DNA of 63,576 nucleotides, filler included, from Trichomonas gallinae (Eukaryota): assembly GCA_008369845.1 (NCBI GenBank). It is 14 parts of 14 records of this genome, joined end to end, with 100 filler letters (N's around TTAATTAATTAA, not from the genome) between each part and the next. Parts side by side here need not be neighbours in the genome. Positions count along the whole stretch, not along the records: positions 1 to 10,698 come from MRSU01001224.1; positions 10,799 to 12,617 come from MRSU01001225.1; positions 12,718 to 14,163 come from MRSU01001228.1; positions 14,264 to 20,679 come from MRSU01001229.1; positions 20,780 to 25,193 come from MRSU01001231.1; 9 more parts are not named here. One strand, 5' to 3'. Position 1 is the stretch's first letter; each line of letters begins with the position of its first letter. The notes below the pieces were generated by a model. It was not told the DNA's origin and searched no databases. It saw only the letters and a list, made by a program, of their open reading frames with translations. Both the position numbers and the translations under genes were made by a program. Shown here in pieces: positions 10,624 to 21,379 of this stretch.

Positions 10624-10696
10624 GGTTTCGTAGCTCAGTAGGTAGAGCGTAGTGCTGATAACGCTAAGGTCTTGGGTTCGAGCCCCAGCGGAACCA
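10624..10696 (+). tRNA. tRNA-Ile (anticodon GAT)
   Basis: 73-nt cloverleaf. Acceptor GGTTTCG/CGGAACC+A; D arm GCTC..GAGC with GG; anticodon arm TAGTG-CT-GAT-AA-CGCTA (GAT at 10657-10659); T arm TTGGG-TTCGAGC-CCCAG. Confidence 0.95.
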
Positions 10697-11443
10697 TTNN
10701 NNNNNNNNNNNNNNNNNNNNNNNNNNNNNNNNNNNNNNNNNNTTAATTAATTAANNNNNNNNNNNNNNNNNNNNNNNNNNNNNNNNNNNNNNNNNNNNAG
10801 TAGCTTGCCTACAATGGACAACTACCCGTTTAAAGTAACCTTAAAAATATAGGGGCCACCTTCGGTCAACCAGTTTATTACTTTCAATATAACTTTCAAT
10901 ATAACCACCTCAGAGGAACCAGTTTAGTAGGTTATCTTTTTGAATAAACAAGTTTACGAATAAGAGATGAGCACACCAACAAGTTATATTTCCATGGATA
11001 TTATTGCTCTAGAGGGACTCATACATCTTTGAAATTTTGTTCGAGATTTGACAAAGTCGCTTTGATTCAGCAAAACTGCTGGATAACCATCAAAGTGAGC
11101 CCAACGACTAATCTCTGCGTGTGGCAGTCTTGGAACAGGGACTCTTTAGGGGCATTCTCGTTCTGAGATTTTCTAGGTACTGTTTCTGGACACATCCAAA
11201 CTAAAGTTATTCCGAGGAAAGAAACATCAAATGATGTATAGCATAATGTTTTCCGATGCGCATATGTTCCTTGGACATACAATGATTTATATTGCCAGTG
11301 TTATAAAAATTGTTTCGAAAACATATTTTATCTTCAAACAAAACTATCGTTAACCAACTCTATCTTTATAGATACATCAACGAATCTTGGATTAATTTTA
11401 TGATAAAGCCATAATTCTAATTTCGTAATATTAAAATATTGTC

Positions 11444-11945
11444 TTAGCCTATCATCATTAGCCCATTTTCCGTTTCTAATGGCATATATACATTTTGTGT
11501 CTGTTTAACCATCATTCCTATAATACAATTGAAACCTTTGTAATCATCATGGTGATATTTATTGTGCACTACTGCTGTCATGAATATACGACTTGAACAA
11601 AGAATCTGCATGTTTGAATCATCAAGTTTATGTGTATAGTTAGTCCACTGGCATCCTTCATCAATCTGTGCGTTCTTCTTTATCGCATCACATAACTCGT
11701 GGAAATTCAAAAAATATCGTCGAATGTCTTATTAATTATCACGTATTTTGTTGCTTCAATTTCATCAATCGGATAAAGCTATCTGACCCTTCTTCGGAGG
11801 TTTTTCATTCCACCAAATCCTGCTTCATGCACCTGGAATGTTAGATTGACCATGCAAAGCTTCCGTGCTATGCCAGCCTTCTTATTTGAAAATGATGGAT
11901 AAACTTGTTGGCAATAAGTGGCGGCAACATCAGCTATATCTATTG
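11444..11945 (-). pseudogene. Degraded coding remnant, unidentified
   Basis: Protein-like reading DIADVAATYCQQVYPSFSNKKAGIARKLCMVNLTFQVHEAGFGG...*...EFHELCDAIKKNAQIDEGCQWTNYTHK, broken by a stop and a frameshift. Confidence 0.35.
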
Positions 11946-12717
11946 GATCTGATGATTTTATCGTTGAAATTTTAAATTTATTGAATAGTCTCGATTGATA
12001 TAGGAATAAACCATCAACTGATGGATAAATTGAGCAAATTGCGGAATTATATTCAGATATCTATTCTACAGACTATGTTAAAGAGCAAATAGGTACATCA
12101 CAATTTCCTTTTGGCCGATCACCTGAAAATAAAGTGAAATTAATAGATCTAGGCTGTGAATAAATGCTTATCCTTATCATTTTAGAATATGGTTCTTCAT
12201 TGAATGGAATTTAACAAGCATTTCAACATTAAAGACGCTACAGACATATGTACTGTTTTAGCTGTCAAATAGGGAAATTCCTTAATACTCATTATTATAA
12301 TAGATTATTGAAAAATAGCTGAGTGTCTAGGGATGTGTCATCAACATGAAACTATCATTTTAAGGAAGTGCTCTGCAATATAATTAATCACATGATATCT
12401 TGAATCTTTTTCAATACAGATCTTATACTCTTGAAATACTCATAAACACATTACAGCATACAAATGAAAAATATATTTTCTCAAGGCTCGTGCCATGGCG
12501 GATTTATTCCGCCAACACACGAGCAAAAAAAATGCAAGATTTTTTCATTCCGCCATAAGGTTATTAGGGGCAAAGTGACACCCCCTGTAAATGGCACCAA
12601 ATCTAATAATACGAATTNNNNNNNNNNNNNNNNNNNNNNNNNNNNNNNNNNNNNNNNNNNNTTAATTAATTAANNNNNNNNNNNNNNNNNNNNNNNNNNN
12701 NNNNNNNNNNNNNNNNN

Positions 12718-12864
12718 AACACAGGCTCTCACTGACCAGAATCTAACTCTGGTGCCTTCAATCACTCGGCCAAATGACCTGACGATTTTTTTGCATTCAT
12801 GTAGTCTTGACATATAAAATTGCACTTTTTTGTTTTCATTATCAAATGATTACAATATGTTTTC
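12718..12864 (-). repeat. Left arm of ~147-bp inverted repeat; ends in a tRNA-Leu(TAG)-like 5' portion (12779-12718)
   Basis: Reverse complement matches 13983-14163. Contains GGTCATTTGGCCGAGTGATTGAAGGCACCAGAGTTAGATTCTGG. Confidence 0.9.
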
Positions 12865-12909
12865 GTGAAAATCATGAAATATTAGATGACAATCATAAAG
12901 ATGCGTTAA

Positions 12910-13777
12910 CCACATCTCGAAGTCGAATTATTCGAAGGTATTGAGCACGACCCGAGCATCAAGACAGTCGAGCTCGGTGCAGAATTCATGCGAAACTTCG
13001 ATCTAGACTGGATTATCGCCGTTGGAGGCGGATCTCCACTCGATGTGGGTATTCTACAAGCACCCTGAATCGACATTCGAAGGACTATGCGTGCCATTCA
13101 CATTCCCAAAGCTAAGGACGCGCGCAAAGTTCGACGCAATCCCATCGACATCTGGAACTGCATCAGAGATGACATCTTTCTCAATCATCACAGACACCAA
13201 GACAGGAATCAAGTTCCCGCTCGAGATCACGCCCTGAACTCGCGGTGTCGATGCCAAATATACTCATCGCGTCGACAGGAATGGATGCACTCACACACGC
13301 GATCGAAGGAAACGTATCGACTTCACTGATGCTGTAACACTACATTCGATCAAGATGATATTCGAGAACCTCAAGAAATCATACGAAGGCAACATTGTTG
13401 CGCGTGCAAATATGCACAGCGCGTCATGTCTCGCAGGAATGACTTTCTCGAACGCACTCCTCGGAATCATGCGCTCGATGTCACCCAAGACAGGTGCCGT
13501 ATACAAGAGTGGATACATCGTACACGGAAGCGCGAACGCGATATACCTCCCGATACACAAGATCAGGGAACATAATGTTTCGATGGGAATCTCACTTTCG
13601 ATCAAGGACTACGAGAACAGTCGAATCAGCGAGGAAGAATTTGTCAGCAGACTTTCAGAAGTTGCATCGAATGCGAACTCAGATGCATACACACTATCGA
13701 ACCCACGCAAGTCAACACAGTTGGAGATGGAGAAGCTCCTCCTTGCATGCATCTATGAACGGGAAGTCGACTTCTAA
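12910..13777 (+). pseudogene. Iron-containing alcohol (butanol-type) dehydrogenase pseudogene
   Basis: ELFEGIEHDPSIKTVELGAEFMRNFDLDWIIAVGGGSPLD / MWVFYKHPE...AIPSTSGTASEMTSFSIITD / DALTH-like segment / MHSASCLAGMTFSNALLGI..S..HGSANAIYLP...SNPRK. The N-terminus is missing and there are several deletions and frameshifts. Confidence 0.9.
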
Positions 13778-13982
13778 AACATGAAGAAGAAACCTTCTCT
13801 TATAATATTAATTTTTAAGCCAATATTGCAGCAGCTTTTATAAAATTATAAAAAAAAACAGCACTTCAGATTCGACAATTTTGAATTTTATTCTAAATTT
13901 ATTTTTATTCCCAACAATGTTGGTCATATTACTATTCGCCCGACATGCTTAATAAATGTTTAGTATAAGAACAATGAAAAGA

Positions 13983-14163
13983 GAAAACATATCATAATCA
14001 TTTGATAATGAAAACAAAAAAGTGCAATTAATATTTGTCAAGACTACATGAATGCAAAAAAAATCGTCAGGTCATGAATGCAAAATGCAAAAAAATCGTC
14101 AGGTCATTTGGCCGAGTGATTGAAGGCACCAGAGTTAGATTCTGGTCAGTGAGAGCCTGTGTT
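13983..14163 (+). repeat. Right arm of the inverted repeat, with internal tandem duplication; tRNA-Leu(TAG)-like 5' portion at 14102-14163
   Basis: Matches the left arm; atgcaaaaaaatcgtcaggtcat is duplicated. Anticodon-like arm CCAGA-GTTAGAT-TCTGG. Runs into the assembly gap. Confidence 0.9.
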
Positions 14164-15585
14164 NNNNNNNNNNNNNNNNNNNNNNNNNNNNNNNNNNNNN
14201 NNNNNNNTTAATTAATTAANNNNNNNNNNNNNNNNNNNNNNNNNNNNNNNNNNNNNNNNNNNNGGCAATGCGGCTGTGTAGAGCAATGTACATGCTCTTA
14301 TATTCCGTATTTGCTTGGGCGTTTTGAACAACTTTGTCGTAATAAATTTTTTCAACTCGATGGGCAAACAAGTTTTGCATACGAAACTTATGTAGCTACA
14401 TCGGAGAAGATCAATGAAGCTATGGTGCAAGTTTCAGCATCATGCTACAATCACACGCAGACTTCGAAAAAACCGTACGTTAATGATGATCACAAAAAAT
14501 AATGATTCAAATGAAGCATGTCTCACACTCAAATTTTCCTTTTTGCACAATTATGCACCACTTTTTTCCCCTCAAAATTGAATCGAGGTGAAAAGTGGTG
14601 CAAAAATCCATGACCCGGAAAACGAATACCACTAAGATAATGCCATGAGGTACGAGTAACAGTTCTTCCGCAGTCTTTAAGCCTTTGTGGAATGTGTCTT
14701 TCATGAAAGATAAACATTTTTCCCTTAAACTCAACTGTTCTCGCACTGGACCTTCCATATGTGAATGCAAAATTTGCATCACGTTCAGTTAACCCATATT
14801 TAGGCTTCTTCGCAGCAGTTATGTTGCATAATCTGAATAATCAAGTTTGCTATTTAAAGCGTCGAGAAGAGCTTGTTCGTCATATGTTGCCCAATCATCA
14901 GGTTTCTCTAATGGGTAACATACTGCAAATAGACTGATTACATAAATGAAATCGAAAAGATGCAAATGAAAAATATAACGATTTTGAATTCAATATATAT
15001 ATATATTAATAGAGAGATGATTGCATAATGTATTGGGATTACAAAAATTGGGGTTTTGAAAGTTTCAAAAGAGTCTGTAGATTTTTGTGAATCATATGAA
15101 ATATGTAATTCTATATCATCTTCATATTCTCAGTCTGATTTAATTCGAAATGTATGCGTTCCAGAAATTATCAAATATAAACGATTTTGTTTCTTCTTGA
15201 AAAGAATTTTCACTTGAATTTGTAGATTCTAGAACTATAAAAAGTCATGGTGATTTCTAAAAACCCCCAATGAATGCAAAAATATACATCTGAACTTTTC
15301 CCAAATCCATCCCAGGGCAACTAAAATTGCTTGGTCAGGTATGTATATGCAAAAAAATTTCAGACTATTCGCTTTGCTTGGCTCCGCTCATCTCAATCCT
15401 CTCAAATAGTTTGAAAAAATTTGAAAATATCAAACATATCCCTTTACACGACAAACGCATTCAAATTTTGGTAGTTTACATGGCAAAATAATTTTAAGTG
15501 CTATTGACAATCTACAATTTCAGAATTTCCGAAAATTTTTGAAAACTGACAAAATGTAAAGTACGATAGCTATCTTCATTAAAAA

Positions 15586-16122
15586 ATGGCGAAAGGCACC
15601 GTCAGACATCAGAAGAAAGTAAAGAAAGTATCTTTCTGGTCAAAGTATGGCCTTTACATTGGAATTTCACTTGCTGTTCTCCTTGGCGTCCCAGCTATCG
15701 GAATTATGTACTGGCCAAATCCAAACGTTCCAAAGCCACAGCCGAAGATAAGGCCAGGCAAGATTGCTGTAACAAGTGATAAAGGTGTCACTAAGGATAT
15801 TATTAAGAGAGGCAGCGGCAATTCTCCAGTCAAAGGTGATAAAGTCAAGATCAATTTCAACATGACTTATCCAAATGGAACACTTATCGCTTCTACAGTC
15901 ATGCAAGGCCCATACGAATTCGAAGTTGGTGACCAGAAGATTCTTCCTGGAATCAATCTCGCTCTCGAATCAATGAAATTGAACGAAACATCTCGCTTCG
16001 TTATTACAAGCAAGTATGCATACGGCGACCGTGGCTCAAGAACCGTTCAACCAGGAACCAACATTGTTTTGTCAGTTGAGCTCGTCGAAATCATCAAGAA
16101 AGACGAAGCTGAAACTAAATAA
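15586..16122 (+). CDS. Membrane-anchored FKBP-type domain protein
   Basis: N-terminal TM (YGLYIGISLAVLLGVPAIGIMYW). FKBP fold GVTKDIIKRGSG...GDKVKI...YEFEVG...ILPG...MKLNE...YAYG...VELVEI. Inr TCATT just upstream. Confidence 0.9.
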   Translation: MAKGTVRHQKKVKKVSFWSKYGLYIGISLAVLLGVPAIGIMYWPNPNVPKPQPKIRPGKIAVTSDKGVTKDIIKRGSGNSPVKGDKVKINFNMTYPNGTLIASTVMQGPYEFEVGDQKILPGINLALESMKLNETSRFVITSKYAYGDRGSRTVQPGTNIVLSVELVEIIKKDEAETK

Positions 16123-16680
16123 TCTAGTCACATCATAATTTTTATTTTAATTTAAGAAAATTTTAATATTTTATATATAAAATTCTTTTTCCACATAAAT
16201 GTGTATATAACAAAGTGCCTTTCGAGACATTAATGTAAAATAGAAGAACTGGCTACGAATGCAGAGCGTAATTACGATATCGATTTTAAATCTAATAATT
16301 TTTTGTGTTAAAGCTGAAACTGTGACTGAGATTCATACGAATGATAATAGCACTTCTATACTATGCTTGTGATCTAAAGAGAATTCTCCTGCGTTTGAAA
16401 TGCGAACTATGCCTTAAAAATTTTTTTCTGTGTTTCAATTTTCCTTCATATTGTTGAATCTTGTTTAATTTTTATATTAATATGAATCATCACCCCTACA
16501 CATATATAACTAAAAGCAGCAAAACGCTTTTTTCGAAAATTTTTGGACTCAAAAGAAGTCTAGTAGCTGTGGATCTGCTTCTGTGTTTGTCCAATATCCG
16601 GCAGACTCAGCGAATAATATTTTTAACTTGATCCATTAAACCAAACAAAAATATAAGAACCAAAATTATACAATAAATGA

Positions 16681-18651
16681 TCAAAGCCTCTGTATTTCAA
16701 ATTTAAATGCGTGATAGTCGAAGTCTGTGGTTTTTCTGTTTGTATGTAGGTGAAGATAGTCGAATGTCCATGAGATGTTGAGCTCCTCTTCGCCTTTATG
16801 TGGAAGTATAACCGTATATGATTTACTCATGTTCAAGCTTGATTGTGGAGGAATAATTCCCCAGTTTGGACGCGAGAACTCAGCAATTTCGTGCGAGAAT
16901 GTTCCAGAGCAAATAAGTCCTTTGTATATGAATATTGACGTGTCAATCGGATATGATCTCTGTGATACTTTTATGTGCGCGAGGTGCACATGTGAGCCAA
17001 TGCGATGGACGACAAGAGGCATAATGTATCCAGAGAACTCCATGAGCATCCATGAGTCGACGTGAAGTGTCTGTCCTGTCTCTAGATATCCGTGTATCAT
17101 GTGCCACTGTGTTCTGTGGCATCCTTGGAAGTCTCCACTACTCTTTGTGAGCAAGTATGACATGATGTCCGTGTAATTATTGACTTTGTTGAATGTCGTA
17201 ATCCATGCTTCAGGAATTGTGTTAAAGACAATGAAGTCGTCAAAATTTCGAGGAACGGGATCTCCACCCTCATATTTGTTGCTTCTATATAATCCTGGCG
17301 AGAATAATCTGCGCATACAGTGGTCAAACATTGAGTAGCATGGGAGGACATCACTTGATCCTGAAATAATATATTCGCCTTTCGCGCGGCGGATTCCTAT
17401 GTTTCGGAGTTTGAATTCAGGAAAAGTATCAATCCACCACTGCGTGTTTAAGTTAGCAACTTCAACTGAAGACAGCTCAATAACAGTTAAATGCAGCTTT
17501 ATTGGTTCTGGAATAGTAAACAACTCTTCAAAAGAAGATGAGTTTTTGTACAATTTTGCGTAAACGTAAACAAACTCGATCGACAATGAAGGCATTCGAC
17601 GCAAAAATTCTGAAAAATACTGTATTTGTGCATTTGCTCTATCAACGACACGCTTCAAGTCACAAACAGTTGTAACCCATGATAAATACACTTTGTCCGG
17701 TTGTGCTTTGACAAGGAATTTTTTATACCATTCATAAATCAGTTTAACTTTTCCTTGAACTTCGGAATCATATAAACCTCCATACGATGGAAACTTGCAC
17801 TCAGTCGAAAAAGAAGAGAAAGTCGTCAATATTGATCCAAAAGAAGTTTTTGGTACTGAAACTGGTGTTTCATCTTTTCCATTCAATATATCTTTGACAA
17901 TTCGAACAATCTCGACAGAGATATCGCCCGAAAATGCGAATTCTTCGTTTTCGTCAATTTCGATTTTATTTTTCAAATTCCAAGGAGAAATAACGCATTG
18001 CTGAATAATTGATGAAGGCGTCATCTGAACGAAAGGATAAGGGAAATCAGGACCGTAGACCTTCGGAATTCGTATAACATGAAGATCTGTGATATTATCA
18101 GGGAATGTATCATTTGTTGACGTAACTATTATTATTGGTGCGGTCAAATTAAATAATAAATCACATGCATCATAAACAGGCTCAATAACGATATGTGCTA
18201 GAATATTAAACATGTTTAGAGGAGCAGAAAATGGTGGTGATAATAGATCTGTATGATATTCTGATTTTGCTTCCGATATTCGAAAATTATTTTTTTCTAA
18301 TTGACTTTTGATTGCTATACCAAGCATGCTTCTAGAATTAAAGATATTAATTCTTGGTTTATTGACTTCTAATGGAGAAAATCCAAAATGGCAACTTAAA
18401 TATTCAATTTTTGTAGTTCTATTAAAACAATTAGTAAAATTGTAATCACCTTTTGGTACTCTTTCAAAGCATAATGGATGTAAGTGTTCTTCAAGATTAG
18501 GTTCGATGAAATTATAATTTTTTGTTTCTTTTGACCAAAAAATGTAAGTTATGCAAGGCAAAGACGCCTGTATTATGACTGTTGTTAAAATCAGATATTT
18601 TAGTGCTAAGTGACCAAAAGTTTTATTGAACTTTTTTGGCTTCTGAATCAA
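16681..18651 (-). CDS. Type II membrane protein: degenerate SDR-like domain plus GT-A (GT2-like) glycosyltransferase domain; start uncertain
   Basis: FPEFKLRNIGIRRAKGEYIISGSSDVL and GDFQGCHR..W..IHGYLE. Paralogue of 21380-23134. No in-frame ATG before the TM; TTG at 18651 is used as the provisional start. Confidence 0.7.
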   Translation of the reverse strand: MIQKPKKFNKTFGHLALKYLILTTVIIQASLPCITYIFWSKETKNYNFIEPNLEEHLHPLCFERVPKGDYNFTNCFNRTTKIEYLSCHFGFSPLEVNKPRINIFNSRSMLGIAIKSQLEKNNFRISEAKSEYHTDLLSPPFSAPLNMFNILAHIVIEPVYDACDLLFNLTAPIIIVTSTNDTFPDNITDLHVIRIPKVYGPDFPYPFVQMTPSSIIQQCVISPWNLKNKIEIDENEEFAFSGDISVEIVRIVKDILNGKDETPVSVPKTSFGSILTTFSSFSTECKFPSYGGLYDSEVQGKVKLIYEWYKKFLVKAQPDKVYLSWVTTVCDLKRVVDRANAQIQYFSEFLRRMPSLSIEFVYVYAKLYKNSSSFEELFTIPEPIKLHLTVIELSSVEVANLNTQWWIDTFPEFKLRNIGIRRAKGEYIISGSSDVLPCYSMFDHCMRRLFSPGLYRSNKYEGGDPVPRNFDDFIVFNTIPEAWITTFNKVNNYTDIMSYLLTKSSGDFQGCHRTQWHMIHGYLETGQTLHVDSWMLMEFSGYIMPLVVHRIGSHVHLAHIKVSQRSYPIDTSIFIYKGLICSGTFSHEIAEFSRPNWGIIPPQSSLNMSKSYTVILPHKGEEELNISWTFDYLHLHTNRKTTDFDYHAFKFEIQRL

Positions 18652-19492
18652 AACTATTTCTGACTTTACAAATGTAAACAATCGTTTACATGTCAAGTTT
18701 TTGACATGTAAATGAAAACATTGTCAAGAAAATATTTTCATTGCTTTACCTTCAAAAGAAAAATTCATGATTATTAATGGTAAAGATACTTTTTTTCAAT
18801 ATTCATGACAGTTGAGGATTGTTTGAATGCAAAGGAATGGTATTTCAGAGTTTGCTCAAAAATCTTTCGCCTATTGTTGAGTTTTCGTGCATCTACGAGT
18901 TTTTACAACTTTTTGATCAGATATTAGTCTAAAAATGAGCTCGTTTTTATATTTATATAGTGTTTCAATTGTCAATACCTCGTGTTGTCAAGATAAAAGC
19001 ATTTGATTTCAATTTGGAAAAATTTCTATCGAAAAATGTTAAATTTGGCGGTTCGTACACGTGAATATATATTATTTTATGAAGCGTCTAATTTGTATGA
19101 TATTTTTTACATGATATTCTTAAATTTTTCCAAAACAATGGATAAATAATAAGGTTATATTTTGAAAATAAATAACGTATATAATTCAAATTTATTTCGT
19201 ATAAAAAGTTGATTTATATATATATCAATTGATTGTAATATTTTTTATTTGCTGTAAAAGTGACGTAAAAATTGGTGGTTAATTAAGGTTAGAACTCAAA
19301 ACTTGATATTTTCGATATTTGATGATAAATTCATGGTTAAATAAGTCTGCAAATAATAATTTCATATTTTCGTGATTTGAGAACAAAATTCGAATAAGCC
19401 AATTAACTTAAAAATCTAGTCCAGTGTAGTATCCTGACTCTCTGGCAAAATTTTAAATTAAATAAAACGGCTTTTTGCCGTCAGATATTAAT

Positions 19493-20458
19493 ATGCTTGC
19501 TTTCTTATTCGCCTATAGAAGTCATAGATCTCGGAGATACTACAGGCAGCCAGAGGCAAACTCAGCCACTGGTACATGCAACTCAGATATTGGATTGAAT
19601 ATCAGAGATGGACCAAGTACGAATAATGCAAGGATTGGAGGAATTGGAAATGGTCAAACTATTCCTGTCACTGGACGTTCTGGCGACTGGTGGCAAGTAA
19701 ATTACAATGGAAGAACAGGCTATGCTTATTCCGATTATTTAATTGTCCCAGGAAGAGTTGATTCGAGTATAGGACTCAACATTCGTGATGGCCCAGGCAC
19801 AAACTACAACAGAATCGGCGGTTTAGGCAACGGCGCTGCAGTTCAAATTACTTCGATCAGAAATGGCTGGTTCAGAGTTGGAAACGGTTGGGTTTCCGGT
19901 GAATATGTTACAATTGAAGGTGGATCCACTCCACCATCCCCAAGTGGAGGAGGTATTGTCTCTGATTCACAGATGCAGAGAATGGGTTGGACGAATTACA
20001 ACTTAGGCGACTTAAACAGCTGCCTCAGCAGGTTCCAGATCAACACATCACCAAGACTTAGACACTTCATCTCACAAACATCGCATGAATCAGGTTGTGG
20101 TAAGTGGGTCAAAGAACTTGCATCAGGTGATGCTTATGAGGGCAGAAGAGACCTTGGAAACGTATATCCAGGCGATGGACGCAGGTTTAAAGGCGCTGGC
20201 TATCTCCAAATGACAGGAAGAGCAAATTATCAGAATTTCGCCAATTTCATTGGTGATCAAAACGTCATGCAGGGTGTTGACTATGTCGCCTCTAGATACC
20301 CATGGACATCTGCTGGCTTCTGGTGGTACAACGCTGGCATGAATGCAATGTGCGACAGAGGTGCAACAGTTGAACAGGTCACAAAGAGAGTTAACGGTGG
20401 CTACAATGGCCTCGAAGTCAGAAGGCAGCTTTATAACAGAGCTTGTGGTATCTTTTAA
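19493..20458 (+). CDS. Secreted SH3b-SH3b-GH19 (lysozyme/endolysin-like) protein
   Basis: Short hydrophobic N-terminus MLAFLFAY; two LNIRDGP(S/G)TN...IG...G..W...G(Y/W) SH3b repeats; P/S/G linker; GH19 [11 protein letters not shown]...[37 protein letters not shown]...SAGFWW...[13 protein letters not shown]. Confidence 0.93.
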   Translation: MLAFLFAYRSHRSRRYYRQPEANSATGTCNSDIGLNIRDGPSTNNARIGGIGNGQTIPVTGRSGDWWQVNYNGRTGYAYSDYLIVPGRVDSSIGLNIRDGPGTNYNRIGGLGNGAAVQITSIRNGWFRVGNGWVSGEYVTIEGGSTPPSPSGGGIVSDSQMQRMGWTNYNLGDLNSCLSRFQINTSPRLRHFISQTSHESGCGKWVKELASGDAYEGRRDLGNVYPGDGRRFKGAGYLQMTGRANYQNFANFIGDQNVMQGVDYVASRYPWTSAGFWWYNAGMNAMCDRGATVEQVTKRVNGGYNGLEVRRQLYNRACGIF

Positions 20459-21379
20459 GATAAAATCTTGGTTTTCAGATTTTATAATTTATGTTTAACA
20501 GCAAAATCTGGAATAAACACATTAATATTGCGATTTTATGGAATAATATTTTATAGAAATGAAATAATACTTAACAAAATTTGTTAAATCAGAAGTGATT
20601 CAGAAGTGATTCAACTCGATTTTTTGCGAATTTCAAACTAATTTTGTGATAATTAGAATTGTTGATATGTGTGATTTATNNNNNNNNNNNNNNNNNNNNN
20701 NNNNNNNNNNNNNNNNNNNNNNNTTAATTAATTAANNNNNNNNNNNNNNNNNNNNNNNNNNNNNNNNNNNNNNNNNNNNAATACTAACAAAATTGAAGGC
20801 CTTATCAATCTTGTCTGAGGCTATTTCAATTGTTCTAAGGCTATTGTGCCCTCGGTATCAATATAATGAATTTGGCGCCATTTCTTTTTTTAATATCAAA
20901 AATTCCCGCCAAAATATAAACAAAAATAGAGCCGAAAATCTTGTTCAATATAATAATATAAGCATTTGTAATTTTTGACAAAACTTTTTCAAATTTCTTT
21001 TTCAAAATTTGATTTCATTGATCACGAGCATAAGATAAGATGGTATTTTTAGTATAGATCATAAATATTATGTTTATGTTTCAAGAAAATCATTATTAGT
21101 TACAAAAACAGAAATCTCTTCCTATAGATATTTCTGGCTTGAATTAATATTCCTTGTTGTTTTGTACCAGATGATAACCAATATATCTTGATTAAGCACT
21201 GTTTTCGTAAAAAAGGAACCTTTGAACGATTACGAAAACATTTGAAGAATAAAAATAGTATATATCAGATTTTGATTTTCTAGAGAAGCGTATTTTCTAA
21301 ACCTTAAACAGTATATTTGAAGATTCTAAAAATTATTTCCGATTTTTCAATGACACTAAATAACAAATATATATTTATC

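Noticed and set aside
13780..13860. A-run after the ADH stop as a retrocopy poly(A) tail
   Set aside because: Only about 9 A in a genome full of A-runs; no target-site duplication.
14264..14940. Cys/His-rich broken ORFs suggestive of a zinc finger (CETCF...ACDCS)
   Set aside because: Too degraded to assign; spacing does not convincingly fit a UBR box or other known finger.
19493..20458. Bacterial or phage contamination as the source of the GH19 gene
   Set aside because: Same contig as the FKBP and GT genes, host-like codon usage and promoter motif, no Shine-Dalgarno or operon context.
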